Positions 61,501-64,000 of a DNA stretch of 64,000 nt are shown here, piece after piece (positions within the stretch are counted from its first letter, which is position 1; every line of letters starts with the position of its first letter). A program made the translations under genes and the position numbers. This DNA is from Octopus bimaculoides (taxonomy: Eukaryota). The DNA lies in the NCBI RefSeq assembly GCF_001194135.2, contig NC_068984.1, positions 133,863,496-133,927,495 on the forward strand, in the 5' to 3' direction. The notes under the pieces are model-generated. The model was given only the letters and a program-made list of their open reading frames with translations, was not told the DNA's origin and did not search any database.

Positions 61501-64000
61501 GAATAATAGGAATCATCATCATCATCATTATCAACAACAACAGTATCCTTATGATTCACTATGACATCAATTTTTCATTGGAAACCTCTTGATAGCCAAG
61601 CCTTTACAAAATGAAATGACAGCTAAAGGAAATTGAGCAGAGCTGTCAGCTGCACCACGAAACATATTTATACTTGCTTTTGTGTCTTTTGTGTTGTGTT
61701 TGAACTGTATTTGCTAATATTCTAGTTTTACTAATATTTATGAAATTATATACCACTGTGACAGAGTTATTAAAAATCTCTGTATGATAAGGAAATTGGT
61801 TTTATCCTGTCGTATTGCTTGTCTGTTGCTGCTAGTTGAAAATTGCAACAAAAAAAAAAAAAAGAAAAAAGAAAGAAAAATGACATTATTAAGATTTGTT
61901 ACTGAACAGAAAATTGTATATTCAGGTGTGGTGATACAATTAGACTTTTAAACTTGACTGAAATACTTTTGAAATGTGGCTAAGAAGCTCGCTTTGCAAC
62001 CATGTGGTTTCAGGTCAGTTCCATTGTGCAGCACCTTGGGTAAGCGTCTCCTATTATAGCCCCAGTTCAACCAATGCCTTGAGAATCTTGAGAATGAATT
62101 TGGTGAATAGAAACGGTGAGGAAGCCTGTCTTACATGTTTGTGTTTGTGTGTGTGTGTATGATTGCACCTGTGCTTGACGCCCTATACTGCTTGACAATT
62201 GGTGTTAGTTTATTTACAGCCTTGTAACTTAGTAGTCTGGCAAATGATTGGCACAATAAGTACCAGACTTAAGAAAAAAAGATCTACTGGGGTCATTTGG
62301 TTTGGCTGAAACCCTTTAAGGCCAATGACCGAAGCAAGTAAAAAAGGGCAAAGGTAAAACATGTTAATTAGAAGTATTTATGAACAAACTTATCATGAAT
62401 GACAACATTTAGCAAGCCCAGATGTTAAATGACAAATTTAGATTGAATAAATTAAATAAATAGAAATAATTAGAAATAAATAAACAGAGTGGGTGCATAT
62501 ATTCTACTTCATTCATTTCATTCTGGTCTTCAATGGTTGTTGGAAGCAACAAGTTATACAAGTCATGTTCTAATTAGTGAGTTTGTCAATTAGGTAATGC
62601 AACAATGAAGTGTTATTGTCAATAACTGGTATAAGAGCTTTACCTTTGTCAATGGCTACCAAAACGAGGAAGTAAATACAAAGGAGTGGGGGCAATTGCA
62701 GTTATTTTAAATTGTCCACCACTTTCAGGATATGATCTATCAATGTTTCAGAAAGGTCGTTTTGAGATAGAGTTAGCTACAAGATAGGGTCAGCATATTT
62801 TATTTCACAAAATAATGTTAAATTTTTACACCTACAATACCGTACAGAAATTCTTTCATCATTACTTCAATAAACATAGGGAAATCATACTTTGCTGAGG
62901 TGGTCTGATAAGACTGAAACATATCCAGAATTGTCTCCTGCTCTTACAAAAATTATGAAAATATTAATCATTGGGTGTCTTTTACTCACTGCATTATCAT
63001 TTTTAATCAGATAGTTTTATGTTATCTGTATTAAATATATTAAGACTCACTTTATTGTTATTTTTCTATGCGAATGCTGTCACTGGAGTAATTAATTCAT
63101 GCGAAAAAAAAAATTAAGTTGAATAAGATGTAGTTTAGATTTAATCAAGTCGTGGAATCACAAATGCCATATTGCACACTTAAGAAACCACTCTGCCTTG
63201 TGCTTATTAATCAGGAACAAGTCTTCAGTCTCCTCTCTTTAGTTTAAAGTACCTAAGCATAGATGAATGTTTCATTCATGTACAACAACGTCCATAGTAA
63301 GATTAGATTTGGAGATAAGTTTTGAGAGAAATTTACAGTACAAGTAGCTGCTTACCAGGACTTGGATCTCATCTCCATTTTCTGGTTCCAAACCTAAAGA
63401 TTATATTTATGATAAACACTTGTGTGCTGGTGATGCTGCTGTATTATATCTCCAAATGCTGGAGTCAATGTCTCATCAGGAGATAGGCCAAACATGTGCA
63501 ATGTGGAGTTGTATGCAAAATGGGCAGAAGAGGTGGAAGCGTTTTTTTTTTTTTCATAGGAATCCAACCCACTGAGCTATTGTTGATGAGAAGTCAAAAA
63601 AAGAGGATTCCACAAATTTAGTGGAGGCTCTTTTGGTAACAGGGCAGAAGGACCAGCTGTAGGTTGGAAGGTGGGAAAACTTGAAAGCTGTGTGATACAT
63701 GAAAAAGTCTGGAGAGTAGTCTTGCAAGAGTTGTTCTGCTGGGTACTGCCCAGTTTTTAGAAGTGCCCAGTTTTTGGAAGTGAGTGAAAATTTCCAGGTG
63801 TTGTAAGCTTAATTCCTTTATTTCTTCCTGAACAGCAATGCAGCCATGAGGAAAACACTTTGGTTTCCTCTTGGCACTGCAAATCAGCTAATTGGTCAGA
63901 ACTTCACCAGTTCTATGCCTTTTATTATTGGCAGAAAATGTGATTCACTTCTGATCAATGAGAAACAGCTAGACAGGTGACTGAGTCCCTCCTTTTAGGC

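Larger units (their letters stand above)
1..64000. repeat. Dense microsatellites throughout: (GA)n, (CA)n, (TA)n, (CAT)n/(CAG)n/(CAC)n, (AAT)n, (TATG)n, (TCTA)n
   Basis: Directly visible, e.g. 1-80, 1403-1527, 5936-6000, 11548-11820, 19480-19750, 29490-29586, 31245-31450, 32280-32450 and 57401-57545. Most N-gaps abut these tracts. Confidence 0.98.

Noticed and set aside
63420-63830. Possible CR1/L2-type LINE remnant on the - strand
   Set aside because: Only vague similarity with many stops and no diagnostic motif; needs RepeatMasker or TBLASTN.

Overview
AT-rich, repeat-dense animal genomic DNA with many assembly gaps. The SINE families and microsatellite load look cephalopod, probably Octopus; this is an inference from recognised repeats, not a database match. 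Two convergent spliced genes were reconstructed by hand. (1) On the + strand (6445-25272), eight phase-1 exons each encode one LDL-receptor class A (LDLa) module plus a long linker, and a stop codon follows directly after module 8. There is no EGF, YWTD, TM or protease domain downstream, and the 5' end was not found. (2) On the - strand (58318-47559), six exons encode a ZnT2/3/8-type (SLC30) zinc transporter whose TM1/N-terminal exon(s) were not found in the window. The rest is SINEs, microsatellites and decayed transposons: a DD37E/TRT-like Tc1, a pogo/Tigger fossil, MITEs, an RTE fragment, two (TAA)n-embedded R4/Dong-type retroelements and a Penelope-like tail. The most unexpected signal is a complete type I hammerhead ribozyme fold on the sense strand of LDLa intron 3 (13303-13396). 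It is immediately preceded by an inverted copy of its own 5' half that could fold back and block it. A second, decayed minimal hammerhead lies in the Penelope-like tail (31964-32009, - strand). No CRISPR arrays, rRNA or true tRNA genes were seen. Most ORFs in the supplied track are artefacts of N-gaps, microsatellites or SINEs.
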